Shown: positions 1 through 13,474 of the stretch, in pieces | Position numbering within the stretch: position 1 is the first letter of the stretch | How the letters are laid out: each line of letters starts with the position of its first letter | Origin: the human T2T-CHM13v2.0 reference genome, Homo sapiens | DNA length: 64,000 nt | Reading direction: 5' to 3' (one strand) | Assembly (NCBI RefSeq): GCF_009914755.1 | Contig: NC_060942.1 | The notes under the pieces: model-generated | The model's database searches: none | The model's input: the letters and a program-made list of their open reading frames with translations, nothing else | Told to the model about the DNA's origin: nothing | Translations under genes and position numbers: made by a program

Positions 1-2011
1 GGCAAATGCATATAATGTTGCTAGCTATTGTCAAACTCTCTTCTATAAAGATTATACCACTTAATATTGCCAGCAGAAATGAGTATGGTGTCCTTCTTTA
101 TGATTTTTTTGGCCCTCTGAGAAATGAGAAGTAGTATCTCAGTGAGGTTTCAATTTCCTTTTTTTTTTTTCTGTAATCTATATTTTGAGAACTTCATTCT
201 AAGAGAACAAGACTCCTTTTGGACAGTAACACCATTGGAATTGTCAAAAAAGAAAAATCTTCCCTGGTTACATTATGTGTTGAATAAAGAAGTTTTTCTT
301 GCAGATAGGCTTGAGTTGTCAAGTTTTCATTCAGAGCAGCTCAAGCATGGGGAGTTTATGAAAATGGAATCGTTGAAATTCATAGAATGAGAAGCCTCAA
401 AGAGCTCTTTTTACCAGCATATTCCATTGAATACCTTTGGAGACATTCATACCCATCAAATACTCAGAGCATACTTTTTGAGAAGATTAAACCTAACTTA
501 GAAGTTGGAGGTTCTTGGCACAATAAAGAAAAGCAATGCTTAACCCTGAAAGATTAACTGGGGAAAAACATGATACCTTCAGTCAAAACTTTATGGAACT
601 TTTATTTTAAAAAACTTCATTTCACCCTACCCATGACCAAGTACCCCCCAAGAAATGTTTATAACATATCATTTATATGAGCTGTTTGAATTTAAACACT
701 GAATAAATGCTTGCAAAAGCATATATTTGTCCTAACTTCTATTTTATTTTTAAATCAACTTTGGCATTTTCACACTGTAAAGTGAGTTTTTTATGTGAGG
801 GCTTGCTTTACAGAAATTTCAATATCCCATGTTTACAAAGAAGCACTCACTGAGGATTCAATTCTCTTGCAATTAATTTTCCCAAGTTGCCAGCTAGCAG
901 GCTACCAATCTATGGAGCGTTCAACATTTAGGGATGAACTTTCATGGGCCCTGGGGATGCAAAGATTACTACTTTGTGGTTCCTCGGTAGAGGAGCTGAA
1001 AAGTAAACATGTAAATTAAAACAGCCTATGACATAGGACCAACCAGGGTGTGTTGTCATTGTTGACATGTATCTCTACCAGAAAAGTTCACTCTTCTTTA
1101 TAAATGACAGCATTATTGAGCTGTTACCAACAGTAATTCACATGACCAATGGTGGACAACCAGGACTCCAAGATGGTGTCAGTTGCACCAGTGAAAGAGA
1201 GGAAAGTCATGGATGCCTAACTTGGGGAGCTGCCAAGCTGGCTATTGATGTGGGGTTTCACCCTGAAAGGCATGATTGGAGCATTTCAAAGAAGTTACTA
1301 CCCGCATTAGAACAAGTGCCTCACAGGAAGGAAGGGAGCATTGCAGGGGTTTCTATAGCTGGCAGCTTACAGCTTTTCCTCTATGTTCTTTCTTACAAAG
1401 AGCTCAACTGTGAGCAACTCTGCAAGCATCACCTAAGAGGGGCCAGTGAAGGGTGCACTCTGCCCTTCTGACCATGACCTCCTTGGCCCATCACCCCTTT
1501 GTGAGAAACTCCATCACTGCTGAATCCTTTTATATCCTAATTGAGAACTAACGCCCAAACAGAAGATGACTGGTATGTGTAAAGAAATACAAATAATAAA
1601 ATTCACATACCATATAATTCATCTCTTTAAAGTGCACAATTCAATGGGTTTTTTGTGTGTACATTCAGAGTTGTGCAACCATCACCACATTCAATTTTTA
1701 GAACAATTCATCACCCCCAAAAAGAAACTGTGCATCCACTCACAGTCACTCACTATTTCTTCCAACCTGCACCCCCCACCCCCAGCCCTGAGTGACCACT
1801 AATCTTTGCATTCTCCCTAGATTTACCTATCTGGGATATTTCATACAATGAAATGAAAATGAAATCATACAGTATGCAGTCTTGGTGACTGTCCTCTTTC
1901 ATAATGTTTTTGAGGTTTGTCAATGCTGTACTATGTATCAGTATTTAATTCCTTTTTCTTTCCAAATCATAGTCCATTGTGGATATACTATGTTTTCTGT
2001 TGCTTACTGTT

Positions 2012-2870
2012 TGATATGGTTTGGATTTTTGTCCCCACACAAATCTCATGTTGAATTGGAGGACGGGCCTGGTGGGAGGTGACTGGATCATGGGGGCAGA
2101 TTTCCCCCATGTTGTTCTCATGACAGTGAGTGAGTTGTCACAAGATCTGATGGTTTAAAAGTGTGTGACATATTGCGGCACTATTCACAATAGCAAAGAC
2201 TTGGAAACAACCCAAATGTCCATCAATGATAGACTGGATTAAGAAAATGTGGCACATATACACCATGGAATACTATGCAGTCGTAAAAAAAGGATGAGTT
2301 CATGTCCTTTGCAGGGACATGGATGCAGCTGGAAACCATCATTCTAAACAAACTATCACAAGGACAGAAAACCAAACACCGCATGTTCTCACTCACAGGT
2401 GGGAATTGAACAATGAGAACACTTGGATATAGGGCGGGGAACATCATACACCCGGGCCTGTCATGGGGTTGGGGGAGGGGGGAGGGATAGCATTAGGAGA
2501 AATACCTAACGTAAATGACAAGTTAATGGGTGCAGAAAACCAACATGGCGCATGTATACCTATGTAACAAACCTGCATGTTGTGCATATGTACCCTAGAA
2601 CTTAAAGTATAATTAAAAAATATATATAAATAATAAATAAATAAATAAAAGTGTGCGACACTTCCACCTTTGCTCTCTCTCTCTCCTGCTCCACCACAGT
2701 AAGATGCGCTTACTTCCCCTTTGCCTTCCATCATGAATGTAAATTTCCTAAGGCTTCCTGGTCTTGCTTCCTATTAAGCCTGTGGAACTGTGAGTCGATT
2801 AAACCTCTTTTCTTCATAAATTACCCAGTCTTAGGTAGTTCTTTATAGAAATGTGAAAACAGACTAATAC
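2012..2870 (+). mobile_element. MaLR solo LTR (MST/THE1 group), interrupted by L1PA
   Basis: Starts tgatatggtttgg...cacaaatctcatgttgaattg and ends ...gttctttatagaaatgtgaaaacagactaatac. Confidence 0.85.
2171..2645 (+). mobile_element. 5'-truncated L1PA (ORF2 end, 3'UTR, A-rich tail)
   Basis: L1PA 3' text (ggcactattcacaatagcaaagacttgg...ccctagaacttaaagtataat); TSD taaaagtgtg(t/c)gaca at 2156-2170 and 2646-2660. Confidence 0.95.
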
Positions 2871-3639
2871 CCTATTCTGTTATTAGGTGACACTAATATA
2901 CAGTGAAATGCACACATGTGAAGCATGGCTATGCCACATTTTTGTTATCCATTCATCTGTTGGTGAACAATTGGGGTGTTTCTACTTTTTGACTGTTAGG
3001 AATAATGCTGCTGTGAACATTCATGTAGAAGCATTTGAGTGGATGTTTAGTGGAACTGCTGGGTTGAACAGGCTAACTCACGGAAGGAACGCATCATTGT
3101 ATTCCTCTAACAAGCACAATAGTAGAAATTTAGTGAGTCATCAGCTTCTTGCTCAAAAGTGGCAACCAATCAATTTTCCTGCACTTTGGAATTGGGAGGG
3201 GCCTCTGCTGTTGGCTGGCCCATGTTCTTGGTCAGTTGACCATCCAGCCCATGGTTGTGGTGTGATATTATCCAATTCACATTTCTCCATCTCATTTATA
3301 TGGCACCATGACAGAGCCTTTGCCAACATCCACACACATGAACTCCATGAATTCCCCCGATCTGCTAATCTAGTAGTAATCCAGAAAAAGAAAAAATGTG
3401 GTTAGTTTGGCATCACCTATTCTAAATTCTACTCATGACTAAGGCTGAAAAACTGACTGCTGAATGATAGGTACTAATCTTTAACCAGGAAGTAACACTA
3501 ACTTGTTCATAATTCTTAGACTCCACATTTCCCTCTTTAAAAAAAAAAAAAATCTTTACATCAGACCCTTTGGGTGTTTGTCATGTCTCTCTCATTGCCC
3601 TAATTGTTCAGCCATCACCCCGCAACAGCTCCCAGCCCC

Positions 3640-4470
3640 CTGCAATATGACTCATCTGAGCTCGAAGTTCTGTCTGCTCTATCTCACGCACTCAGGATGT
3701 TAAAGCTGTAGGCTCCTCCCTCTCTGGGTTTCATAGCTCTCTAAGCTTATTTTTATTATACGCTTCCTGGTAGAAAGATCATTTTCCGTGATACAGAAAC
3801 AAAAGCGTTATTGAGCAGTTCTGAGTAGTTCTGCATTCTTCTTGGCAGATATTTACACTACAGTCTCCCTTAGGTCTACGAGTTGTCTTCCTTGTTCCCT
3901 GGCTCTGATAGATCAATAAAGCCCTCTGGGTTGGCCCCAGCATTTGTCTCAAGCCCTGATCTCTACAGTGTTTAGAACTTCCTCCCGTGGTTCTTAAAGG
4001 TCCAGGCCCTTCTTTTGAGAATGTCTTTGGATGGCTGGCTACAGGACCATTTACCTGTGGGAACTATCTTGGAATAATTTCTGGGTAGTGAAGGATTCTT
4101 TCTTCAGGGTTTCCAAGGATTGGCTAGCTGCTCTCCTTCTGAGCCATCACCACCTGCTTTCCCCCAGACTTTCCTCTCCCACATGGGCACTGCAGGAAGG
4201 GACCCAGCTGTCCATCTCTCTTGCTCTACTCCAACCCTTAATAAGGCTGGAAATACTTTGGAAGTCATCAAGGCAATTTTGTGCTGGACAGGGCAAGAAA
4301 ACAAACAGGGGATTAAAGATAATGGAAAATGATAAGAAAGCTTTAACATCTGTAAGAGTCATTCCTGAAACCTACTGTGACAGATTAACTCTAGATTGGC
4401 TCTTTCTCAATCATCCCGTAGAATCGGAAAGTCAGTTCTCCCAATCTGGGTAGCTCCATGTTTGTTTGTA
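3640..4470 (-). mobile_element. Ancient CR1/L3 LINE ORF2 remnant
   Basis: Minus strand reads aagaatgcagaactactcagaactgctcaataacgcttttgtttctgtatc (KAELLN-x-FASVF-like), preceded by degenerate NxKGFxxYIxxxxxxKE-like and LGESDH-like CR1 motifs in the expected order. Confidence 0.45.
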
Positions 4471-4768
4471 GGGTCATTCATGAGTTTTCCTATCTCCCCT
4501 CTCCTTCTTCTTATCTATGTCTTTCTGGCTTAGATGAAAAATGTAAATAGTAGAGTACTTGGCCTACAAATCAGAAATCCCCTCCAGCTCCCATACCTTC
4601 TTTCTTCACCTACTGTAGTTACTTTAATCACTAGGTCCCTCCTCCCATCTTGCCTGCATATGACTTATCTGAGAGCTCACTGAGCAGCCATGCTGATATT
4701 TACCAATGCCAGCTCTCACCAGGATCATTTGGAATCCTATTAACACTACAACACACGCACACACACAC

Positions 4769-5415
4769 GAGTCAATTCTTGCTATTCCCAGTGGCTATGG
4801 TCTACAAAGTCACCCTGAAGACTTAATTGGCCAATACTGAACCACTGCTCTTAGGGGAAATAGAGGCTTAAGTTCCTGTGAGCTTTCGGTCACATTTCTT
4901 TCATCAACTGGTCAATACATAACCTTGTTTTATGTGTTCTCTGTTTAAAGAATGCTTATTTAATATATATTGTTGATTAACATTGAACTCATAGCCAACA
5001 GCACCATAACTCTTGCCTGAATGAAGCTTTGCTAACACATGTATTTTCTCCATCAGGCATATCACAGCCTTCTTACACTTAGAAACTCTAAACAGCACTT
5101 CAGCAGTATGTGTGCAGGCCATTTTAAACAGAAAAATCACCAACAAAAAGTACAAAAATGTGAAAAATGTGGTATTTCATAGGCCAGGAGAAAGACACTT
5201 GTTTATAGTACAAGAGCTGAGACAAGAAGGCAGAGTGTCTCACCTTGTGTGACCTCCGCTGGGAATGTGCATTTTGGGTGACTCAATTTTCTTGGCCACT
5301 TCTGTGTGTTTCAGATGACCATAAAAGTGCCACAAGTATTAATTTTGGGGTTACAAATAGATTTTAGTGAGTAGGCAAGTTCACAAATTCAAAATCTGCA
5401 AATGATGAGGATTGA

Positions 5416-5418
<3 letters not shown>
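4769..5418. mobile_element. TcMar-Tigger non-autonomous DNA transposon (MER82-like)
   Basis: TIRs gagtcaattcttgctattc and (rc) gagtcaatcctcatcattt, ~650 bp, followed by TA; internal text matches the recalled MER82 consensus. Confidence 0.8.

Positions 5419-5419
<1 letters not shown>

Positions 5420-5452
<33 letters not shown>
5420..5452. repeat. (CA)n microsatellite
   Basis: About 16 perfect CA units; an imperfect CA tract also lies at 5648-5687. Confidence 0.95.
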
Positions 5453-5454
<2 letters not shown>

Positions 5455-6144
5455 TATATCTACCCAGGAAAGTTATCTTTTGTTTGCAATGCACCCATTA
5501 TTGCACAAGCCATGATATGAACTGGGGCCTGTGGCATATGGTTCACCAGTGTACGTACCATACCTACCATATGGCCTGACCTTGGAGGCCCTTAATAAAT
5601 ACTTGTTAGATAAGTTAATGAAGGACTGAAGGTCCAATAAAGTCAATTACACACACACACGCATGCACACACACACGCAGACACACAAAGAGTATATGCC
5701 ATCTACCATTTACTCCAGGAACATAGTCTGTACAGATTAGATAATCTTATAATAGCCACTAAGTCCATTTGAAAGATGCCCATCGCATCTTCACCTTTAT
5801 TAGGCACAGAATTTTTATTATGGTGATCATTACATTGGTGTAGCTCTTTGTGGTTCAAAAACCACATTCATGTAGTTTCCAAGCCTATAGTGGTATTGTA
5901 TATAAGTGGATTGTTCATTCAACCATCATCTAGAATCACTGGATTTTTAAAAAATTTTGATAAAGCCTAGAGAAACACTAAAATAAACAGATTAGTCCAT
6001 ATACCCAGTTCTGTGTGTTTTGACCCATTAGTAATCTGACTCTGCTTCTATATCCATTTGGACTTTGTGGGGCCCAAAGAGAGGAGATGAGTTCACTAAT
6101 ATATTCGGTTAAGAGTTCAAGATCACTTGGAGAGAAAATAGGCA

Positions 6145-6163
6145 TATCTCCACCTAGTGGTCA
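6145..6163 (-). promoter_or_regulatory. Candidate CTCF binding site
   Basis: rc TGACCACTAGGTGGAGATA closely fits the CTCF core consensus (CCAC-AG(G/A)(G/T)GG); lies in non-repeat DNA. Confidence 0.5.
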
Positions 6164-6329
6164 ATAGCAAAATGTGGGGCCATGGAAATGGGTTTGGACC
6201 CTTAATTGCTGGTTTATGCACCTAAATCTGGGCTGCTTTTCTTGTGAGTCAAAGCTTGGCAAGAGAAAAAAGAACTAGATTGGTCAGGGAAAATCCGCCA
6301 ATGGAAAACATTCTATGAAGGTGGTCTAA

Positions 6330-6560
6330 TGTGAGCTTTGGAATCATAAACTTGGATTTAAATTCCAGCTCCACCACTAAAAAGCTACGTGATTTAGAAC
6401 AAGATGCTTAGTTATTGAAGTCTTAGCTTTTTTATCTGTAATAGGAATAATAATAATACAGCATAAGTTTATTTTAAGGATGAAATAAAATAATGCATAG
6501 AAGCTAGCATAGTGTCTGGCACATAGGGGGCAGGCAATACATGATAGGTATTATTACATC
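6330..6560 (+). mobile_element. MIR
   Basis: gagctttggaatc...aaattccagctccaccact...tatctgtaataggaataataata...agcatagtgtctggcacatag. Confidence 0.75.
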
Positions 6561-7194
6561 TGTTTGAAAAAAAGGCGCAAAGTATTTTCTCTAAGGTCAG
6601 AACTTAATTGATGCATACATGCATGTGTTATCAGCACAGGGGCAACATGCATTGAAAAGCATATGGAATCAGAGTGTTTAGTATATGCTTTAGTGCAATA
6701 GGATTTATTTTATTACCTGTTGAATAAATAATGTGTTGTAAACAAGGAGATGTCCTGGATAAAGCAACTCAGAGGAAAGTTCCTACATATTTCAGATTGA
6801 CCTTCCATTTCAATGGAAATGCACAGATAGTAGCAAGCAGGTCATGGTTATTTCCTGTATGCCCACTACAAATAAAAGGCAGTGAGTTCATGACAAATAT
6901 AAAGTGGAAGGTGTTCCAAATAAATAATGGACCTTTATTGCCTTTCTAAGGAAAAGTCACATCTTTAAAACATATTTCTAATCCCATTCAGATAATATTC
7001 AGTATAAGATATCATGGTCTCGTCTGGTGTTGTCCACGTAGCTTCATATAATGGAGATTCGGGTCAATGGGAGGCAGGAACTCAGGGAAATGGCAAACTG
7101 CAGGACTGGGGATTCCCTACTGTGATCTCCTCTCCCACACCCTGTAACTGGTGTGAGCTTGTAGTTTATTTTTTTTTCTTGCCTGCTATTTCTT

Positions 7195-8055
<861 letters not shown>

Positions 8056-9808
8056 CACTCTTCCAGCAGAGAGAAGTTACAGCGTGCCTTGGGGGCTGAA
8101 TGTTGATCTGAGCAGTGTTTAATTTCCTGGAATTCTCACCATATAAAATTATAGCAGGCTGCCTCTACACAAGAGGGGTGAGGGGATTGACACCATCTGT
8201 GTTCGGGCCACACTGAGTAACAGGTGAAGAGGAAAAAATGAAAACATTTAGGATCTCTGCAATGCTGGTCCCACCTGGGTGGGAAAAACCAGGATTTTCC
8301 TCTCTCCAGGGCTGAGAGCCAGTTTCTGAAGCCTGCTTCTGTCTTCAGGGAGAGGACATTCATGTAATCTGCCAATGCCGGGTTTTTTTTTTTTTTCTTT
8401 TTACAGAAACTTACAGGACACGTGCCTTCCTCTCTCCCCTCCTTCCCTGCTGTTTTCCCAGCTGCCAGGAACTCCACCTCCGTGTCCACTCTCTTCTCTC
8501 CAGTCAAGAGTAAACGAAACTCAAGTTATTGGGCTTTGAAATATCCTAGCTCAATTCACGTGCGTCCTGTTTAAATCCGTGGTGTGTTACCTCGGCTTAT
8601 TCGGATTTAGGAAATGCTCCATCATCCTGTTGACTCAGCGCCTAAAATAAGAGGCAGATGCCAGGCCACTTACGCAAAAGGGACTCCCTTGGCAGCATCC
8701 TGCTTGTAGTTAAGAATGATCCCACTAGATGGAGCTCCACTTAAGGTCCGACCAGAGGTTCTTGCACTTTCCTCTTAGTATCCAGCAATTACAGGAGCAA
8801 AATCCCAGAATGAGCAAGAAGCCCAAGAAGGCAGATTTAGAAGACAATGATACTTACCCTTCGCGTTTGACTTAATTTTCAGATTAGACAGAACTTCCTA
8901 CTGCTTCCCTCATTAATAAGATCATCCACGATCAAATTCCTTCTACCTCCCTCCCTCAAGGTACAAAATGAGCTTGCAATAAACACATGACCAAATTGTA
9001 AAAGTGCATGGCAACAGGTGAGAAAATGCTTATTTGGAGGCTCTCAGGGCTTTGAGGCTGAATAGAGGAGGTAACTGTCAATCGAAGTTAGTTTGGTCCT
9101 CAGCACAGCCAGTGATCAGGCAGGCAGAGAAGGCATTGCAGCCTGGCACTGGCTGGACAGTCTGTGCCAGTTAACAGCCTCAAAGAGTGGCCAGCTGAGA
9201 AGGACAGGATGATTTTGACACCATGACGGGATCAAGTGCATTTCCAGTTGAAATACTCAAGACAGAAGAAAGAAGAAAAAACCTGAACCAACTTTTCCCA
9301 TCAAAATCACTGTGTTTAAATATGGGGGCAAAACCGTAGGGGGCTCAACGGTAATAAAACTCTGAGAGGTGCTCTCAGGCTGCCCTTGCTTTATGCCTTA
9401 AAAGAGACTTCCAGTTTGTATTGTCTATAGAAGACTTTACTTTTTGTAAGTGGCAAAGTTTCTGTTAAACACCAGCTTCATGCCATCCTCCTGATTCTCA
9501 TTTTCATCAACTGTAAATTGGAGAAATATAGTTCTTTCCTTGTGGTGCTATGGTGAGGCTTGAAAATAAAATGTGAAACTTCCTAGCAAAAGATGTGGCA
9601 CATAGTAGATTCTCAGTAAAGAACTCTGTCTCCACTTCTTGCTGCTATTCTAGGAAGTTTGGAGGACTTCCTCCAAGATGTTGCTGTAATTATTACACAC
9701 AAATCACCAAAGCACACTTGCTAAACACCTTGGTATAGATTTATGCCAGAGGCACAACTATGGCAAGTGCTCTCATCACCATTTTCACCGTCTTCAAAAC
9801 TGATTACA

Positions 9809-10101
9809 GGCAAGACGTAGTGGCTCATGCCTGTAATCCCAACGCTTTGGGAGGCCAAAGCAGGAGGAGTGCTTAAGGCTGAGTTTGAGACCAGCCTGGG
9901 CAACATACTGAGATCCTATCTCTACAAACATAAAAAAAAATTAGCTGGGAGTGGTGGCACATACTGATGGTCCCAGCTACTCAAAAGGCTGAGGTGGGAG
10001 GATCGCTTGAGCCCAGGAGTTTGAGTCTACAGTGAGTTATGATTGTGTTACTGCACTCCAGCGTGGGTGACACAGCGAGACCCTGTCTCTTAGAAGAAAA
10101 A
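9809..10101 (+). mobile_element. AluJ
   Basis: J diagnostics (gaggatcgcttgagcccaggag, gaccctgtctc). Confidence 0.9.
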
Positions 10102-10741
10102 GTTGATAATTGACTCAGAAACAGTGGAAAAGGGAACATGGGGGCTCCTTTTGCCCTCTGATTTGCCTACTGAGTGGTTCTGGGAAAGGACACAAAAAAA
10201 CAAAGCCAAGTGTGCTAACTTCCCCAAAATAACCTGGGCCCTTCAGCCTCAGAGGGGGGCTGCAATTTCGGAGCCATCCAAATGGAATTGTGAAATGGAT
10301 GAGTCTGATATTGAGTGTTTTCAATCTCCCTATCTGTGTCTCCTTCTTTCTTCTCTCATCTAAGTTGCAGGCCACCATTTTTTTTTCCTTTTTTCCTATT
10401 AAAACTTGATCTCAGGAAAATAAAAATTGATTATCACTAACTTTAAGGAAGGGGACATTGGTGCACCATTCTCTCTATATTTACATGATTTTTCCTCAAT
10501 TATTCATTACCAAGAAGATGGCAGAAGTGTTTAGAAAGGCAGTGATCTTCTTTGCCCCTGAAATCATCCCAGAGGACAACTCTGCCCTTCACTTTATCTA
10601 CCCTAAAAGTTGAAACGATTGATGTTCTTGGAACCATGGATCCCACTCAGGAAGTCCCCCGACCCTGGAGCACTCACGTCTGAGAAGGCCTTAAAAGTGA
10701 TTCAGTGAATTCAAAAATACCACTGTGGTGGAGACAAAGTA

Positions 10742-10917
10742 CAGACGATCCGGTCCCCCATTATGATAGTCCGATACAATTTTTTGATGTTACCATAGAT
10801 TTATTGGAGTGTTAAATGCATTTTCAACTTATGATATTTTTGACTTACAAAATTTTTGACTGAATTACCAGGGAGCTATCAAGGACATAACCCCATTATA
10901 AGTTGAGGAGTGTCTAT
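10742..10917. mobile_element. TcMar-Tigger MITE (MER47/Tigger4-5-like)
   Basis: Ends cagacgatccggtccccc... and ...ccccattataagttgaggagtgtcta with TA flanks. Confidence 0.6.
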
Positions 10918-11089
10918 AATCAACGAGGCTTCCAAGATTCTGCCTCCAGGAGAGACATGTGGGTAGGAAGGGTTGAGGACCACTGTTAACTGACTTGTAC
11001 CTCATACATCCCAGAGTCTTAGGACAAAGACATTCTGATTGGTCTTTCAACATCGTGGCTATCAAGTTCATTCCAGAGAGTGACTCTCC

Positions 11090-12140
11090 AGAATTATGGA
11101 GTTATAATGACCATCCGTGTTAGTTGAGATGGAAGTTCATATACAGAGTCTCAAGAAGCAGAGACACATAGTTGAAGAGTCCTATAATAGTACCCTTTAT
11201 TTGTCACCTCTCAGGTACCAGCTCATATTCTCTTGGTTACCCATGCATCTGAGACCCGTGTATCTGAGGCTATGAGTTTGGCTTCAGTTGCAGAGACTGT
11301 CACCTCACATATACACAATGACTCTGTTTTGCTCTATTGCCATGCCTTTTCTTTTAAGCCCTGGGGCTTCCTTGTTACTGCTGAGATGCCATGCAATGCT
11401 CTTGGCACCTGTATATATGCAAAGCATAGTATCAGGGAGTTAAGACCCATGAGGCAAACTTTTGACCAATTGGCAACAAAATCAGCAGCTAAATACTTCT
11501 CCCTTCTTCTTTCCCTCTGAATGGACTATGCTAAGACACTGTCACTCATGTAGCCTTTTGGAAGACATCATGCTAACCTTAAGCAATCAACGCCCTTAGT
11601 ACAAAGTGGCGCCCATCTTAGTAGCACATTCTCTTGAATCTTGACTGACTCTTTTTCTTACTTACTCTCTTTTTCTCACGTTTTCTTTGCTTTTTCTATA
11701 CACCTTGCTACAGTATGAATGTTTGTGTCCTCCTCAAAATTAATATGTTGAAATCCTATCCCCAAAAGCGATGATGTTATGAGGTGAGGCCTCTTGGGAG
11801 GTGCAGAGGTCATGAGGACTCTGCGGTCATGGGATTAATGTCCTTATACAATAGGCCCAAGGGAGCTTGTTCGCCTCTTCTATCATGTGAGAACACAGCT
11901 CAAAGATGCCATCTATGAACAAGAAAGTGGGCCCCCACCAGACACCAAATCTGCCAGCACCTTGATCTTGGACTTCCCAGCCTCTAGAATGGTGAGAACT
12001 AAATTTTTGCTGTTTATAAGCTACCCAGTTTATGGTACTTTGTTACTGCAGACCAAATGAACTAAGACACTCCTCAAAAACCATATTCACAAATGAATTT
12101 TGCCTCAGGCTCAGTTTATAGAAACTCAGGCTAAGATAAC
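11090..12140 (+). mobile_element. ERVL LTR (LTR16-like) interrupted by a MaLR LTR
   Basis: gggagttaagacccatgaggcaaacttttgaccaattgg and terminal ttgcctcaggctc...ggctaagata. Confidence 0.5.
11706..12069 (+). mobile_element. MaLR solo LTR (MLT1A/MSTD-type)
   Basis: tgctacagtatgaatgtttgtgtcc...gaactaagaca; 5-bp TSD cacct/ctcct. Confidence 0.85.
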
Positions 12141-12229
12141 TATTCCTGTGGAGCAGAGTCAGAATTTTATATTGCTATAAAAGATAAACAGTGCTTTCTC
12201 AGGACAGCTTGAGACTCCTGTAACCCAAT

Positions 12230-13000
12230 TTACCCAGTCAGTCTGTCAATCATCCTCCTCAGTCCCTGATGGGATTGATGTGATCTGCCTGTACTTCTGC
12301 CAGAAGAAAATTCAATACTTTCTGGGAGATCATAAAAACACCCTAAACCTCTTCAATTTACATACCATGTGTAGACAGTTTTTAATCCAAAATTATCAGG
12401 TCTGTCAGATCACAAAACCAAATAACCAAAGCCAAGAGAAAAAGCAGACAGAAGAAACAGACCTATAGGTGATCCAAATATTGGAATTATCATACATGGA
12501 CTTTAAAGTTTCCATTTGAAAATCTGTTTTCTTGATATAGATTTTCTATATATTCAAGAAAATAGATTTTCAAATGGGAACTTTCATCAGAAAACTGGAA
12601 TCTATGTTTTTAAAAAGCATGAAGTAAAATCTCAGAACTAAAAACTGAAACAACTGAAATTAAAAGTTTAATGCAAGAAGTTTATAAAACAATAGCAATG
12701 GCAGAAGAGAGTTAGTGTAGTGGAAAATAGGTCAGGAGAAAAGTATCAATTCTGAAGCACAGGATTAAAAGGATTAAAAAAACACAGAAAAGAGCATACT
12801 TGACACATGGGACATGGTGAAAAGGTTTAATACATGTCATGAAAGTCTCAGAGAGACAGAAAAGAGAGAAGGGGGCACATGAAATATTTGATGAGTTACT
12901 GTCTGAAATCTTTCAAAAAATGAAAAAACATTAAGCTACAGGTTTGAAAATCTCTAAAAACTCCAAGTAGGATAAATTCAAAGAAAACCATACCTTGAGC
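12230..13000 (+). mobile_element. Old L1M 5'/ORF1 remnant
   Basis: A-rich degenerate L1 ORF1 text (aaactccaagtaggataaattcaaagaaaaccatacct). Confidence 0.6.
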
Positions 13001-13004
13001 ACTT

Positions 13005-13125
13005 TAAAGGTGGCTGGTACAACTAAGGAAATGAGGTTTTAATTGTATTTTATTTAAATTAATTTAGATTTAAATAGTCATATACAGCTAGTAGCTACTT
13101 ACTGGACTGTGAAAGCCTAGGACAG
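13005..13125. mobile_element. hAT-Charlie MITE fragment (MER3/MER33-like)
   Basis: gtggctggtacaactaaggaa...aatttagatttaaatagtcatatacagctagtagctac. Confidence 0.55.
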
Positions 13126-13147
13126 TTGCTAAAAGAACAAAGGAAGG

Positions 13148-13474
<327 letters not shown>

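Larger units (their letters stand above)
1590..3065 (-). mobile_element. Old L1M (L1MB/ME-type) 3' region, split by a MaLR LTR
   Basis: Typical antisense L1M 3' text (aaattcacataccatataattcatc..., tatccattcatctgttggtgaac...) on both sides of the LTR at 2012-2870. Confidence 0.65.

Noticed and set aside
1067-1471. 134-aa ATG-initiated ORF
   Set aside because: No recognisable homology, domain or splice context; length is compatible with chance.
2887-3405. 172-aa ORF
   Set aside because: Begins in antisense L1M sequence and has no recognisable protein features.
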